DNA of 64,000 bases from Pseudomonadota bacterium. GTDB taxonomy: Archaea > Thermoplasmatota > SW-10-69-26 > JACQPN01 > JAJPHT01. This document shows positions 1 to 10,040 of the stretch, piece by piece. A program made the position numbers and the translations under genes. Position 1 is the stretch's first letter. Every line of letters starts with the position of its first letter. Under the pieces are notes generated by a model, which saw nothing but the letters and a program-made list of their open reading frames with translations, was not told the DNA's origin and made no database searches. The DNA lies in assembly GCA_021325135.1 (NCBI GenBank), contig JAJPHT010000020.1, positions 1-64,000 of the forward strand, in the 5' to 3' direction.

Positions 1-1113
1 ACCTTCGAGTTCGCCTTCGTGATGGACAACCTCAAGGAGGAGCGCGAGCGCGGCGTCACCATCGACATCGCGCACAAGAAGTTCACCACGGACAAGTACT
101 ACTTCACCATCATCGACGCGCCCGGCCACCGCGACTTCGTCAAGAACATGATCACGGGCGCCTCGCAGGCCGACGCGGCCGTGCTCGTCGTCTCCGCCGT
201 CTCGGGCATCGAGGCCCAGACGAAGGAGCACGTGTTCCTGAGCCGCACCCTCGGCGTCGAGCAGCTCATCGTCTACGTCAACAAGATCGACGCGACGAGC
301 TACGACCAGAAGAAGTTCGAGGCGCTCAAGGAAGAGATCACGAAGCTGATCCGCATGGTCGGCTACAAGCCCGACAACGTGCCCATCGTCGCGGGCTCGT
401 CCTACAAGCAGGACAACATCACGAAGCCCAGCCCCAACATGCCCTGGTACAAGGGCCCCACGCTCCTCGACGCGCTCAACAACCTCAAGGAGCCCCAGAA
501 GCCCACGAACCTCCCCCTCCGCCTCCCGGTGCAGGACGTCTACTCCATCACCGGCATCGGCACGGTCCCCGTGGGCCGCGTCGAGACGGGCATCCTGAAG
601 GTCAACGACAACCTCGTCTTCCAGCCCTCCGGCGTGTCCGGTGAGTGCAAGACCATCGAGATGCACCACGAGACGCACCCCCAGGCGCTGCCCGGCGACA
701 ACGTCGGCTTCAACGTCCGCGGCATCGGCAAGAAGGACATCCGCCGCGGCGACGTGGCCGGCCACCCCAACAACCCGCCCAAGGTCGCCAAGACCTTCGT
801 CGCGCAGGTCGCCGTCCTCCAGCACCCCTCCGTGATCGCGGCCGGCTACACGCCCGTGTTCCACATCCACACGGCGCAGCTCGCCTGCACCTTCGAGGAG
901 CTGCAGAAGAAGCTCGACCCCAAGACGGGCCAGGTCAAGGAGGAGAACCCCCAGTTCCTCAAGACCGGGGACATCGCCATCGTGAAGATCCGCCCCAGCC
1001 GCCCCCTGTCCATCGAGCGCAGCAAGGACATCCCCCACATGTCCCGCTTCGCCATCCGCGACATGGGTACGACCGTCGCGGCCGGCCTCTGCCTGGACAT
1101 CGAGGAGCGCTAA
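1..1113 (+). CDS. tuf: Translation elongation factor EF-1alpha (5'-truncated by window edge)
   Basis: [33 protein letters not shown] and C-terminal RFAIRDMG motifs of archaeal EF-1alpha; reading frame is open from base 1. Confidence 0.98.
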   Translation, partial: TFEFAFVMDNLKEERERGVTIDIAHKKFTTDKYYFTIIDAPGHRDFVKNMITGASQADAAVLVVSAVSGIEAQTKEHVFLSRTLGVEQLIVYVNKIDATSYDQKKFEALKEEITKLIRMVGYKPDNVPIVAGSSYKQDNITKPSPNMPWYKGPTLLDALNNLKEPQKPTNLPLRLPVQDVYSITGIGTVPVGRVETGILKVNDNLVFQPSGVSGECKTIEMHHETHPQALPGDNVGFNVRGIGKKDIRRGDVAGHPNNPPKVAKTFVAQVAVLQHPSVIAAGYTPVFHIHTAQLACTFEELQKKLDPKTGQVKEENPQFLKTGDIAIVKIRPSRPLSIERSKDIPHMSRFAIRDMGTTVAAGLCLDIEER

Positions 1114-1123
1114 ACACTTCGCC

Positions 1124-1165
1124 GGGGCGCGCCGACGCGCGCCCCCTTTTCTTTTCATTTTGTTT
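1124..1165 (+). terminator. Putative tuf terminator
   Basis: GGGGCGCG/CGCGCCCC stem followed by a long T-rich tract just after the TAA stop. Confidence 0.7.
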
Positions 1166-1204
1166 CGCTGAGCGCGAGCGCTGTCCCGCGTCGCCAGCGC
1201 GGCC

Positions 1205-1245
1205 GCCAGGCCGCGCGAGGCCGAACCCGCAGGTTCGGCCGAATC
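1205..1245. repeat. Short hairpin element, family A (copy 1)
   Basis: GGCCGAACC-CGCA-GGTTCGGCC-GAATC; its reverse complement matches 33872-33912. Confidence 0.8.
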
Positions 1246-1312
1246 CGCGACATGGGCACGACCGTGGCCGCGGGCCTCTGCCTGGATATCGAGGAGCGCT
1301 AAGCGCGCTCTA

Positions 1313-1350
1313 CGCGGCCTTGTGATATCACGAGGCCGCGCGTCTTTTTC
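1313..1350 (+). terminator. Terminator-like hairpin after the duplicated tuf tail
   Basis: CGCGGCCTTGTGATATCACGAGGCCGCG palindrome followed by CTTTTT; centred on TGATATCA. Confidence 0.55.
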
Positions 1351-2273
1351 TCATTCTCGACGTCCGAGCGCGAGCCCTCCCGCGTCGCTGCCCTTCCTTG
1401 GGCGGGGGCGCGCGGGCGCAGGAGCCACGCGAGGGCCTTGCCCGACGGCCCCGCGGGAGCGGCGGGCTCAAAGGATCTCGGGCGGGTGGTCGAGGAGCTC
1501 CGTCGCCGTCCGCTTCGAGGCCTTGACCAGAAGATATCTCGATCCGGGGATGGGGCCGTCTCCTCGAAGGGCGGCAGGCCCGCGTCGTTGAAGACGCGGA
1601 GGGCGAGCCGGGGGCTGGTCCGGTGGATCACGGGGCCGTGGGCCACCGCCGGAGCGAGGGGGGCTTTGCTGGAGCGCGGCACGGAACGTCGCATGGCCCA
1701 CGGCGGTCACCGTGGCGTGACGTTGACGGGGGCCTTCGTCTCGTGGAAGACCACAAGCGCCACCTGCCGCGGCTGGAGGGCAGCACACCTGGAAAGCGGC
1801 AGCATCATCATCGCGCACGCCGCGAAGGCCAGCCATCGCACCGGCTCCGACGGGGTGTCGGCGCATCACCGTGGCGGACCCGGGCGCGGGCCGCAACCCC
1901 TCGTTCGTGCGCCCGCGCTCCGCCTCTCCTTCGCGGCCCTGCCCACGGGCATCCCCTTGCACCAGAGGCTGGAGGTCGAGGGCGACCTCCTTGGCGCGCA
2001 CCACGCGGCGCAGGGGAAGGCCCCGCGCCTGCAGTTCGGCCGCTTCCGCGCTGGCCGGATCGTCCGGTCCTGAAGGGTGAGGGAACAGGCCGGACGGTCC
2101 GCCGCGACGGGAAGGCAGGTACGTTCGCGAACCCGGATATGGCGCGCCGGGGGGAAGTATGCGACGATGACGCGCGGAGGGCCGTGGCGCGCGGCGGTGC
2201 GCGGCGGTTCAGCGCGGTGATCCCTGGTGAAGGGACCAGAAGCTTGACGTGCGAAGCGTGCCGGGGCAGTCGC

Positions 2274-2837
2274 GTGCAACGCCTCACGATCTCGCTGGAC
2301 GACGATCTGGCCGATGCGCTGGATGCGCTCCAGGAGAACGGAGGGGACTCCAAGGCGAACCTCATCCGGCGCGCGCTGCGCATCTACGTGAAGCGTCAGC
2401 GGGGGCGCGACCGGCCGACGGACCACGACCTGCGGACGTGGACCGAGCTGCTGGCCAACCGCGAGCACGTGATCCTGGACGTCGCGCACGTGCGCCTCTT
2501 CTTCGAGCAGCTGGCGGGCGCGCCCGCGTCGTTCTGGGCGGGGCTGCGCGAGATCGGCGCGGAGCACGGGCGGCAGTACCGCGACAAGGGGATGGCGGAC
2601 GTGCTGGACATGCTGCGCGTCATGGAGTCGGCCAACTGGTTCTACCTGGCGCCGGAGTCCGAGAGGAGCTGGGCGCTCATCCTCACGGAGCCCAGCGCGA
2701 AGCCGTTCGTGAAGGCGTTCCTGGAGGGGTTCGTGAGCCAGCTGGACGCGCACGCGGAGGTCATCGAGGAGCGCACGAAGCTGCGCGTCCGCGCCTCCGC
2801 CGTCCCGAGAAGCGGGCTGGGCCGCGCGCGGGCGTGA
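2274..2837 (+). CDS. CopG-family ribbon-helix-helix transcriptional regulator with C-terminal domain
   Basis: N-terminal RLTISLDDDLADALDAL...SKANLIRRALRIY is a typical RHH; GTG start inferred. Confidence 0.8.
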   Translation: MQRLTISLDDDLADALDALQENGGDSKANLIRRALRIYVKRQRGRDRPTDHDLRTWTELLANREHVILDVAHVRLFFEQLAGAPASFWAGLREIGAEHGRQYRDKGMADVLDMLRVMESANWFYLAPESERSWALILTEPSAKPFVKAFLEGFVSQLDAHAEVIEERTKLRVRASAVPRSGLGRARA

Positions 2838-2843
2838 GGCGCC

Positions 2844-3053
2844 TCAAGGCAGGATGCTGCGGCACTCGGCGGGCGCGCCGAGCTTGACGCCCGCGCAGCC
2901 AGGCCCGTAGACGACGTTCACGTCGCCCACGTTGCAGTGCTCGTAGAGGTCGTCGTCCAGGTCGCACGACGCGGCGGGCGGGTCGCCCGCGTGGACGAGG
3001 GGGGCGAAGGTCGCAAGGAGGAGCACGAGAAGGGCGGCGGCTGCGGCGCGCAT
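2844..3053 (-). CDS. Small secreted 4-Cys protein
   Basis: Signal peptide MRAAAAALLVLLLATFAPLVHA; acidic mature region with 4 Cys; GC3-rich codons. Confidence 0.65.
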   Translation of the reverse strand: MRAAAAALLVLLLATFAPLVHAGDPPAASCDLDDDLYEHCNVGDVNVVYGPGCAGVKLGAPAECRSILP

Positions 3054-3162
3054 CGGCGCGCCATGGGCGCAGGGTGGCTTGGACTTCGCTCCGCTTCATG
3101 CGAAGCGCTCCGCGCGCGAAGCGCTCAAGACGCCCCTGCGTCATGCGGGCGCGAGGCTGTCC

Positions 3163-3384
3163 ATGAAGCTCCTTCTTGCGATCCTCGTCTGCGCCGTCGC
3201 GCTCCCCCTCGTCGCCTCCCCGGCGTCCGCCACGCCGCCGGTCTGCCTGGAGAAGGGCGCCACCGTCCTCACGACCTCGGTGGACGTCCGCCTCACCTGC
3301 GGGCCGCGCGTCGCCGTGGTCCAGTGCCCGCCCGTGGGCGAGGGCCCGTGCCTCTTCTGGAGCACGGACAACCTCCTCGCCTAG
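3163..3384 (+). CDS. Small secreted 4-Cys protein
   Basis: Signal peptide MKLLLAILVCAVALPLVASPASA; mature region with 4 Cys. Confidence 0.7.
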   Translation: MKLLLAILVCAVALPLVASPASATPPVCLEKGATVLTTSVDVRLTCGPRVAVVQCPPVGEGPCLFWSTDNLLA

Positions 3385-3508
3385 GCGGGTCGGCCTTCCG
3401 CGCGGCCCCGGGCCCGGCTGCCCGCCTGGCCGTGCTGCGCGATGGCTAGGCGAGGCTTCACGGCTGCCAGAGCGATGGCTTATCAGGGAGAAGCCCCAAC
3501 CGGGGGCG

Positions 3509-3982
3509 ATGGTTGGTTCCAATCCGTCCGGCGCCGCCGGCGTCCGGACGCAGGTCACCTGCTCGAAGTGCGGCAAGGAGACCTCCGTTCCCTTCGCGCC
3601 CACCCCCGGGCGCCCCGTCTTCTGCCGGGAGTGCTTCGCCCAGCGCGCGCCCCCCGCCCCCCGCCCGCAGCAGGGCGGCGGCTTCCGCGAGCCCAGCGCC
3701 TTCCGCGCGCCGCCCGCCGCCAACGCGCGCCAGCGCATGATGGCCCAGGGGCGCAAGGGCCACTTCATGCACGACGCCAAGGCGATCCTCGTCCGCATGG
3801 AGGGGGGCATGGACGACCAGCACATCCGCGCGTTCCTGGAGGGCCTCTTCGCCCGCGGCGCGCGCCAGAGCACCGCCGAGGCGCAGCAGTTCCTCGACGA
3901 GAAGGTCGCCGACGAGACCATCACGCGGGACCAGCGCAACGCCCTGGGCCAGCTCGTCGAGCGCTACTCCTTCTGGCGCTAG
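3509..3982 (+). CDS. CxxC-x17-CxxC zinc-ribbon domain protein
   Basis: VTCSKCGKETSVPFAPTPGRPVFCRECF matches this probable nucleic-acid-binding Zn ribbon family. Confidence 0.8.
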   Translation: MVGSNPSGAAGVRTQVTCSKCGKETSVPFAPTPGRPVFCRECFAQRAPPAPRPQQGGGFREPSAFRAPPAANARQRMMAQGRKGHFMHDAKAILVRMEGGMDDQHIRAFLEGLFARGARQSTAEAQQFLDEKVADETITRDQRNALGQLVERYSFWR

Positions 3983-4059
3983 GCGCGTCCCGCTTCCTTC
4001 CCCCGAGAACCAGGCGCCCCCCTTTTCCCGCCCAAGCCGTTGCCCATCGTGGTGATCGC

Positions 4060-4497
4060 ATGGGCGAAGACACCTTCCTCCGTCGCCCCGCGCGCGCCGC
4101 CGAGGGCCCCCGCGCGTGGGCGCGCCGCGCGTTCGTCGCCCTCGCGGCGCTCCTGGGCGCAGCCGAGGTCGCGGGCGGCGCCGGCCTGGCGTGGCGCCCC
4201 GACGGCAGCCTCCTGGGCATGCCCGTCTCCCTGCTGCGCGGCGCGTTCCCCGACTTCCTCGTCCCCGGCTCGCTCCTCTTAGGGCTGGGCGTCCTGAGCC
4301 TCGCGGCGGCGCTGGGCGCGCTGCGCGGCTGGCGCGCCGGCTGGGTCCTGGCCGGCGCCGCGACCGCGGGCGCCCTGGTGTGGATCCTCGTGGAGACGCT
4401 CCTCGTGGGCTACGTCTCGTGGCTCCAGCCGGCGGTCGCCGCCTGGGCGCTGGCGGCGGGCCTCCTCGCGCTGCCCCTCGCGCCCCGCAGGACGTAG
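4060..4497 (+). CDS. Hypothetical membrane protein (about 4 TM)
   Basis: Hydrophobic ORF with PDGSLLGMP..LL...FPDFLVPG motif; start uncertain. Confidence 0.7.
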   Translation: MGEDTFLRRPARAAEGPRAWARRAFVALAALLGAAEVAGGAGLAWRPDGSLLGMPVSLLRGAFPDFLVPGSLLLGLGVLSLAAALGALRGWRAGWVLAGAATAGALVWILVETLLVGYVSWLQPAVAAWALAAGLLALPLAPRRT

Positions 4498-4528
4498 GCT
4501 TTTCTGCCGCTCCGCCCCTGGCCGCCGC

Positions 4529-5890
4529 GTGGAGACGACGAGGCTGCCCGGGAGGCTCTCCGCGTTCGTCGCCGGCTGCTTCGTCGTCGGCTACGTCGTG
4601 GGCCTCTACACCATCGGCCTCCTCGTGCAGGCCACCTCCTCGGCCCTCATGCTCGTCGCCGTCCTCCTCGTGGGCGCGCTCTACACCGCGGCCGGATCGC
4701 TGGCGTTCGCCGAGCTTTCCACGCGCTTCCCCCGCGCGGGCGGCGAGTACGCCTACGTGGAGCGCGCGTTCGGCCCGCGCTGGGGCTTCTTCCGCGCGTG
4801 GGCCGCCTTCGCCGTCGTGATCCCCGCCACGCTGGCCCTCATCGTGCAGATCGACGTGCAGTTCCTCGAAGGGCTCTTCGGCCGCCTGACGCCCGCGGGC
4901 GAGCTCCAGGCCGCCGCGCTCCTCCTCGCGCTGGGCTTCTGGGCCAACGCCTTCGGCATCAAGGCCAGCGGCCGGCTCGTGGTCGCGTGGGCCGCGGTGA
5001 AGGCCGTCGTCCTCGCCGTCCTCGTGGCGGCCGCCCTGTGGGTCGTGGCGCGCGGCCACGTCGCGCCCGACGCCCTCGCCCCCGCGACGCCCGGCGCGCC
5101 CTGGTGGGCGCTGGCGGTGGCGGCCGTCCCCGTGGCGATGCTGCTCTACGACGGCGCCTACGACGTGGTCGCCCTGGCGGAGGACCTGCGCGAGCCGCGG
5201 CGCGCGCTCCCCCGCGCCTTGCTGGGCGGCCTCGCCGTCTCGTGCCTCCTCTTCCTCGTCATGGGCGTCGCCACCCTCGCGGTCCTGGGATTCGGCGGCG
5301 CGACCGGGAACGGGCTGGGCGTCTTCGCGTCCATCGGCGCGGCGTTCGGCCCCGGCGCGCAGCGCGCGGCGCTTCTCCTCTACTTCACCGTGGGCAGCGC
5401 AGGCGCGGCGGGCATCATGCTGGCGGGCTCGCGCTACGCCTTCGGCGCCGCCCGCGACGGGCACTTCCTTCCCCTCTTCGCGAAGCTGCACCCGCGCCTG
5501 GAGACGCCCGTCCCCGCGCTGGCCCTCGTCTTCGCCCTCGCGCTGGGCTACGCCGCGCTGGCGGGCATCCGCGGCCTCGTCTCGTTCTACGTCAGCGCGC
5601 TGGGATTGCTATCTCTCCTGGCGGTCGCGGCGCTCTTCCGCCTGCGACGCACGGGGCAGGGCGCGCCCGACCACTTCCGCGCCCCCGGCGGCGCGTGGCT
5701 CCCCATCCTGTGGGCGCTGGCCACCGTCGCGGTCACCGCGGCCTCGCTCTGGGACGCCAAGGACAACATCGGCGTGGGCGGCGCCGCGGCGGTGCTCCTC
5801 ATGCTCGCGGCCGCGTTCCCCGTGCACGCGCTCGCCGCATGGCGCCGCCGGCGCGCGCCGGCCCCGGAGGGCGAGCCCGCGGGTGCCTGA
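4529..5890 (+). CDS. APC-family amino acid permease
   Basis: About 12 TM; FAELSTRFPRAGGEYAYVERAFGP, ARDGHFLP.FAKLHPR.ETP motifs. Confidence 0.88.
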   Translation: METTRLPGRLSAFVAGCFVVGYVVGLYTIGLLVQATSSALMLVAVLLVGALYTAAGSLAFAELSTRFPRAGGEYAYVERAFGPRWGFFRAWAAFAVVIPATLALIVQIDVQFLEGLFGRLTPAGELQAAALLLALGFWANAFGIKASGRLVVAWAAVKAVVLAVLVAAALWVVARGHVAPDALAPATPGAPWWALAVAAVPVAMLLYDGAYDVVALAEDLREPRRALPRALLGGLAVSCLLFLVMGVATLAVLGFGGATGNGLGVFASIGAAFGPGAQRAALLLYFTVGSAGAAGIMLAGSRYAFGAARDGHFLPLFAKLHPRLETPVPALALVFALALGYAALAGIRGLVSFYVSALGLLSLLAVAALFRLRRTGQGAPDHFRAPGGAWLPILWALATVAVTAASLWDAKDNIGVGGAAAVLLMLAAAFPVHALAAWRRRRAPAPEGEPAGA

Positions 5891-6800
5891 GCTTCCCGAC
5901 GTGACGGTGTACGTCGAGGCACTGCGCGAGCGCGTGCTGGGCCAGCCCCTGGTGGCGGCGCGCGTCGCGAGCCCCTTCGTGCTGCGCACCTTCGAGCCTC
6001 CGCTGCGGGCCGTGCAGGGGCGCCGCGTGCTGGAGGTCCGCAGGATGGGCAAGCGCATCGTGCTCGCGCTGGAGGGGGACCTCTTCCTCGCCATCCACCT
6101 CATGATCGCGGGCCGCCTCGCGTGGCGTCCCCCTGATATCAGACCCAAGGGGCGTTCGCAGCTCGCCGCGCTGGAGTTCCCCGAGGGCTCGCTCCTCCTC
6201 ACCGAGCAGGCGACGCGCCAGCGCGCGGCGATCCACGTCGTGGCCGGCGAGGCGGAGCTTCGCGTCCTCGACGCGGGAGGGATCGAGCCCCTGGACGCGA
6301 CGCCCGCGCAGTTCGCCGAGGCGCTGCGCCGCGAGCGGCACACCCTCAAGCGCGCCATGACCGACCCCAAGATTCTCTCCGGCGTGGGGAACGCGTACAG
6401 CGACGAGATCCTCCACCGCGCGCGCCTCTCGCCCATGCAGATGACCACGAACCTCGACGAGGAGGAGATGGCGCGCCTCCACGACGCCACCCGCCTCGTC
6501 CTCCTGGAGTGGACCGACCGGCTCCGCGCCGAGCGCAAGGGGAAGTGGCCCACCAAGGTCACGGCGTTCCGCGAGGGGATGGCCGTCCACGGCCGGCACG
6601 GGGAGCCCTGCCCCGTGTGCGGGACCGAGGTGCAGCGCATCGTGCGGGGCGAGTCGGAGTCCAACTACTGCCCCCGCTGCCAGACCGGGGGGCGCATGCT
6701 GGCGGACCGCTCCCTCTCCAAGCTCATGCACGACGACTGGCCGGCCACCATCGACGAGTGGGAGGAGCGCCGCGGCCCCGGCCCGAAAGGCCCTTTATGA
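5883..6800 (+). CDS. mutM: Fpg/Nei-family DNA glycosylase/AP lyase
   Basis: N-terminal PELPDV, R.GK, H2TH motif GVGNAYSDEILHRA, C-terminal CPVCG...YCPRCQ zinc finger. Confidence 0.9.
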   Translation: MPELPDVTVYVEALRERVLGQPLVAARVASPFVLRTFEPPLRAVQGRRVLEVRRMGKRIVLALEGDLFLAIHLMIAGRLAWRPPDIRPKGRSQLAALEFPEGSLLLTEQATRQRAAIHVVAGEAELRVLDAGGIEPLDATPAQFAEALRRERHTLKRAMTDPKILSGVGNAYSDEILHRARLSPMQMTTNLDEEEMARLHDATRLVLLEWTDRLRAERKGKWPTKVTAFREGMAVHGRHGEPCPVCGTEVQRIVRGESESNYCPRCQTGGRMLADRSLSKLMHDDWPATIDEWEERRGPGPKGPL

Positions 6801-6887
6801 GGCCCCCCACGGGTCCATCCCGGGTTGACGAGTCCCCTGGATTCCGGGGCGAAGGTTGAAATGGGACCTGCCAGAGGAGTCAGGGGC

Positions 6888-7427
6888 ATGGAAGGCTACC
6901 TGCCCCGGAGGCTGGGCATGATCGCTCTCTGCTCCCTCATCGCCGTCGCGCCCGCCGCGTCGGCGCAGCTTGTCAACATCCAGCCCACCAACGACGCGCA
7001 GACGGGAGGCGTCTCCGTGTCCGGGCTCTCCGACGCCAACGCCAGCTGCGTGAGCGTCGTCGTCGCGTGCGCCCCCGGCGTCGCCGTCTCGGGCACCGGC
7101 GACGCCAGCGGCGGAAGCGCCGCCAGCGGCACGGGCTCCACCTACTCCTCGCTCGTCTCCGTGAGCGGCCTGGGGAAGGCCAACTCCAGCGGCATCGCCG
7201 TCACCACGCTGGGCGACGCCAACGGCAAGCTCCTCTCCATCACGCTCATGGGCAACGCCACCTGCGGCAGCCGCGGGCCCTGCTACGCCATCAGCCTCAC
7301 CGGCACCACCACCAACGGCACCGGCATCTCGGGCTGCTCGCTCCTGGGCCGCGCCAACATGCAGGCCTGGTGCAACCAGGGCGTCGTGGACGGCCCCTAC
7401 TACATGGCCTACGACCTCATGGGCTGA
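6888..7427 (+). CDS. Secreted Gly/Ser-rich, Cys-containing hypothetical protein
   Basis: Signal peptide ending ASA; repeated (V/I)S.xG.A units suggest a beta-solenoid. Confidence 0.7.
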   Translation: MEGYLPRRLGMIALCSLIAVAPAASAQLVNIQPTNDAQTGGVSVSGLSDANASCVSVVVACAPGVAVSGTGDASGGSAASGTGSTYSSLVSVSGLGKANSSGIAVTTLGDANGKLLSITLMGNATCGSRGPCYAISLTGTTTNGTGISGCSLLGRANMQAWCNQGVVDGPYYMAYDLMG

Positions 7428-8431
7428 TCGCCCCAGGCGAGGACGCGCGCGTCCGGCGCGAAGAGCGCCGCCAGGGGATCGCTCCCCCGCGGCGCCAGCG
7501 CGACGAACCCCGCGGGCTCGCCCTCGCGCCACGCGCGCATCCCGGGAGGGTCGAGCCGCGCGCGCGGCGCGTCCACGGCCATCGCCACCAGTTCCTCGGG
7601 CCGCACGCCGCGCAGCGCCTCGCGCGCGAAGCGAAGCTCGTCGAGCAGGCCCGTCGTCTGGAGCATCGCGTTGTCGCTGCCCAGGCACGCGGCGACGCCC
7701 GCGTCGAGCCACGCCCGCACGTCGGGCAGGCGCTTCGCGAGGCGCGCGTTGGAGCGGGGGCACGCCACCAGGGGGATCCTCGCCTCGGCGACGCGCTCCA
7801 GGTCCGCGGCGCTCGCGTGCAGCGCGTGGACCGCGAAGTCCGGCGCGAGGTCCAGCAGGGCGTCCACGCTTTCGGGCGCGGCCTCGCCCCAGTGGAGCGC
7901 GAATCGCTTGCCCGCGCGCCGGGCCGCATCGCGCTGCGCGCGCGCCTCCTCCACGCCCGCGTCGCGGATCGCCGAGAGGCCCAGCCCGTCCGCCTCGGGC
8001 AGCGCCGCGGCGGGGCGCCCCAGCACGACGGCGCGCCCCTGCGCGACCTCGCGGAGCATGCGCGCGCCCTCGGGGCCCCCCTCGCGGAAGTCGTAGACGA
8101 GCGCCGTCGCGCCCGCGCGCGCCTCCTCCAGCGCGGCCCGCATGCCGGCGCGCAGGGCGTCCGGAGGCGTCTGCGCGAGGAGCCGGTGCTTGAGCCCGTG
8201 GGGCGGAGCCACGAGGGCCTCCAGGCTGATGTCGTCCGGGATGCGGCCGCGCAGCGCGAAGTCGCCCATGTGCGTGTGCGCGTTCACGAGGCCGGGCACG
8301 AGGACGCCCGACACGTCCGCGGGGCGCGGGGGCGCACCGCGGCCCAGCGCCGCGATGCGGCCCGCCTCGACCTCGACCCACCCCTCGACGAAGGCGCCCT
8401 CCTCCCAGCGCGGGCCGCGGAAGAGGGTCAT
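7409..8431 (-). CDS. Amidohydrolase family protein (deaminase-like)
   Basis: PGLVNAHTH metal motif, H..E, CPRSN, LGSDN; ATG overlaps the sua5 stop. Confidence 0.85.
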   Translation of the reverse strand: MTLFRGPRWEEGAFVEGWVEVEAGRIAALGRGAPPRPADVSGVLVPGLVNAHTHMGDFALRGRIPDDISLEALVAPPHGLKHRLLAQTPPDALRAGMRAALEEARAGATALVYDFREGGPEGARMLREVAQGRAVVLGRPAAALPEADGLGLSAIRDAGVEEARAQRDAARRAGKRFALHWGEAAPESVDALLDLAPDFAVHALHASAADLERVAEARIPLVACPRSNARLAKRLPDVRAWLDAGVAACLGSDNAMLQTTGLLDELRFAREALRGVRPEELVAMAVDAPRARLDPPGMRAWREGEPAGFVALAPRGSDPLAALFAPDARVLAWGDQPMRS

Positions 8432-9399
8432 CCGCCCTCCGCGGCCTTGCGCAGGCGGTTCATCACGGCGAGGCCCAGCCCCTCCTCGGGGATCGCCTCC
8501 ACCACGATGGCGTCGTAGCCCTGCGCGTCGAGGTCGCGCAGCAGGGCGAAGAGCTGGCGCGCCCACGCCTCCGCGTCGCGCCGCGCGCCGGGCACGCGGA
8601 CGTGGGGCCCCGAGAGGCCGCTCTCCGCCGCCGCCACGATGGCGACGCGGCCCGTGAGGCGCTCGGCCTCCTGCGCGGCGCCGCCCGGTGGTGATATCAC
8701 GACGCGGGCGCGGGGCGCGTAGTGGCGGTAGCGGGTGCCGGGCGAGAGGACGGGCCCCTCCCGCGAGGGCTCCGCGACGCGCAGGCCGGGGACGACCGCG
8801 CGCAGCCGCTCCAGCCCGACGCCGCCGGGCCGCAGCACCGTGGGGGCCCCCACGAGGGAGACGACGGTGGACTCGACGCCCACGCGGGTCGGGCCGCCGT
8901 CGAGGTAGACCGACACGGCGTCGCCCAGGTCCGCGAGCGCGTCGGCCGCCCGCGTGGGGCTGGGGCGGCCCGAGCGGTTCGCGCTGGGCGCCGCCACAGG
9001 GAGGCCCGACTCGGCGAGGAGCGCCAGGGCGACGGGGTGCGCCGGCACGCGGAGGGCCACGCTGTCGAGCCCTCCTGTGGTGATATCAGGGACCTTGGGG
9101 TCGCGGGGGAGGACCAGCGTGAGGGGGCCGGGCCAGAAGGCGCGCGCCAGGGCGTCGGCCTCGGCGGGCCACGCGCGGCAGAGCCGCCGCGCCGCCGCGG
9201 CGTCGAGGGCGTGGACGATGAGCGGGTTGTCGGCGGGGCGCCCCTTGGCGGCGAAGACGCGCGCCACCGCGTCGGGGCGCAGCGCGTCGGCGCCCAGGCC
9301 GTACACCGTCTCGGTGGGGAACACCACGAGGTCCCCGCGGCGCAGCGCGGCCGCGGCGGCGCGGATGCCCTCGGCGTCGGGCGCCGCGAGACGGGTCAC
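8428..9399 (-). CDS. sua5: L-threonylcarbamoyladenylate synthase Sua5
   Basis: FPTETVYGLGADA, KGRP.DNPLIVH, APSAN.SG, HYAP, SUA5 C-terminal domain. Confidence 0.96.
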   Translation of the reverse strand: MTRLAAPDAEGIRAAAAALRRGDLVVFPTETVYGLGADALRPDAVARVFAAKGRPADNPLIVHALDAAAARRLCRAWPAEADALARAFWPGPLTLVLPRDPKVPDITTGGLDSVALRVPAHPVALALLAESGLPVAAPSANRSGRPSPTRAADALADLGDAVSVYLDGGPTRVGVESTVVSLVGAPTVLRPGGVGLERLRAVVPGLRVAEPSREGPVLSPGTRYRHYAPRARVVISPPGGAAQEAERLTGRVAIVAAAESGLSGPHVRVPGARRDAEAWARQLFALLRDLDAQGYDAIVVEAIPEEGLGLAVMNRLRKAAEGG

Positions 9400-9458
9400 G
9401 CGCCTGGCGAGGCGGGCGGGGGCGATAGGCCTTTCTCTCGCGGCCCGATCCAGGGGGC

Positions 9459-10040
9459 ATGGATCACGCCGTCCTCCTGCGGGGCCGCCACGTCACGCTG
9501 GAGCCCCTGCTGCCGGAGCACGCGAAGGAGCTGGCCGCCGCCATCGGGCCCGACGACGACGTGTTCCGCTGGACCAACACCGCGCCGCGCACCGAGGAGG
9601 AGATGCTCGCCTGGATCGCCGCGCGCAGGGAGGACCGCCCCACGGGGCGATCGCTGGCGTTCGCGCAGCGCGACGCCGCCACGGGCAGGCTCGTGGGGAG
9701 CACCAGCCTCTTCGACCTCAACGAGAAGGAGCGCAGCGCGGAGATCGGCCACACGTGGCTCGCGGCGCAGGCGCGGCGCAGCGGCGTCAACACCGAGGCG
9801 AAGCTCCTCCTGCTGACGCACGCGTTCGAGGCGCTCAAGCTCGCGCGCGTGCAGCTCGTGACCGACGCGCGCAACGAGCGCAGCCAGCGCGCAATCGAGC
9901 GCCTCGGCGCCACCCGCGAGGGCGTGCTGAGGAACTGGCGGCGCAACCTCGAAGGCGGCCTGCGCACGAGCGTCGTCTACAGCGTGATCGACGGCGAGTG
10001 GCCCGGCGTGAAGGCCGCGCTCCAGAAGCGCCTACGCTGA
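9459..10040 (+). CDS. GNAT N-acetyltransferase, RimJ/RimL-like
   Basis: EIGHTWL...GVNTEAKLLLLTHAFE, N.RSQRAIERLGA.REG.LR. Confidence 0.9.
   Translation: MDHAVLLRGRHVTLEPLLPEHAKELAAAIGPDDDVFRWTNTAPRTEEEMLAWIAARREDRPTGRSLAFAQRDAATGRLVGSTSLFDLNEKERSAEIGHTWLAAQARRSGVNTEAKLLLLTHAFEALKLARVQLVTDARNERSQRAIERLGATREGVLRNWRRNLEGGLRTSVVYSVIDGEWPGVKAALQKRLR

Larger units (their letters stand above)
1054..1302 (+). repeat. Direct duplication of the last 20 codons of tuf (1054-1113 and 1243-1302), separated by a terminator and a hairpin element
   Basis: Two 60-bp copies with 5 differences, all synonymous third-position changes; downstream sequences are also recognisably similar (CTTTTTC..TCATT...GAGCGCGAGC..TCCCGCGTCGC). 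Confidence 0.93.

Noticed and set aside
1390-2270. Several overlapping ORFs (1438-2073 +, 1299-1694 -, 1468-2004 -) downstream of the tuf duplication
   Set aside because: No recognisable motif or consistent frame; possibly decayed gene remnants, but no product can be supported.
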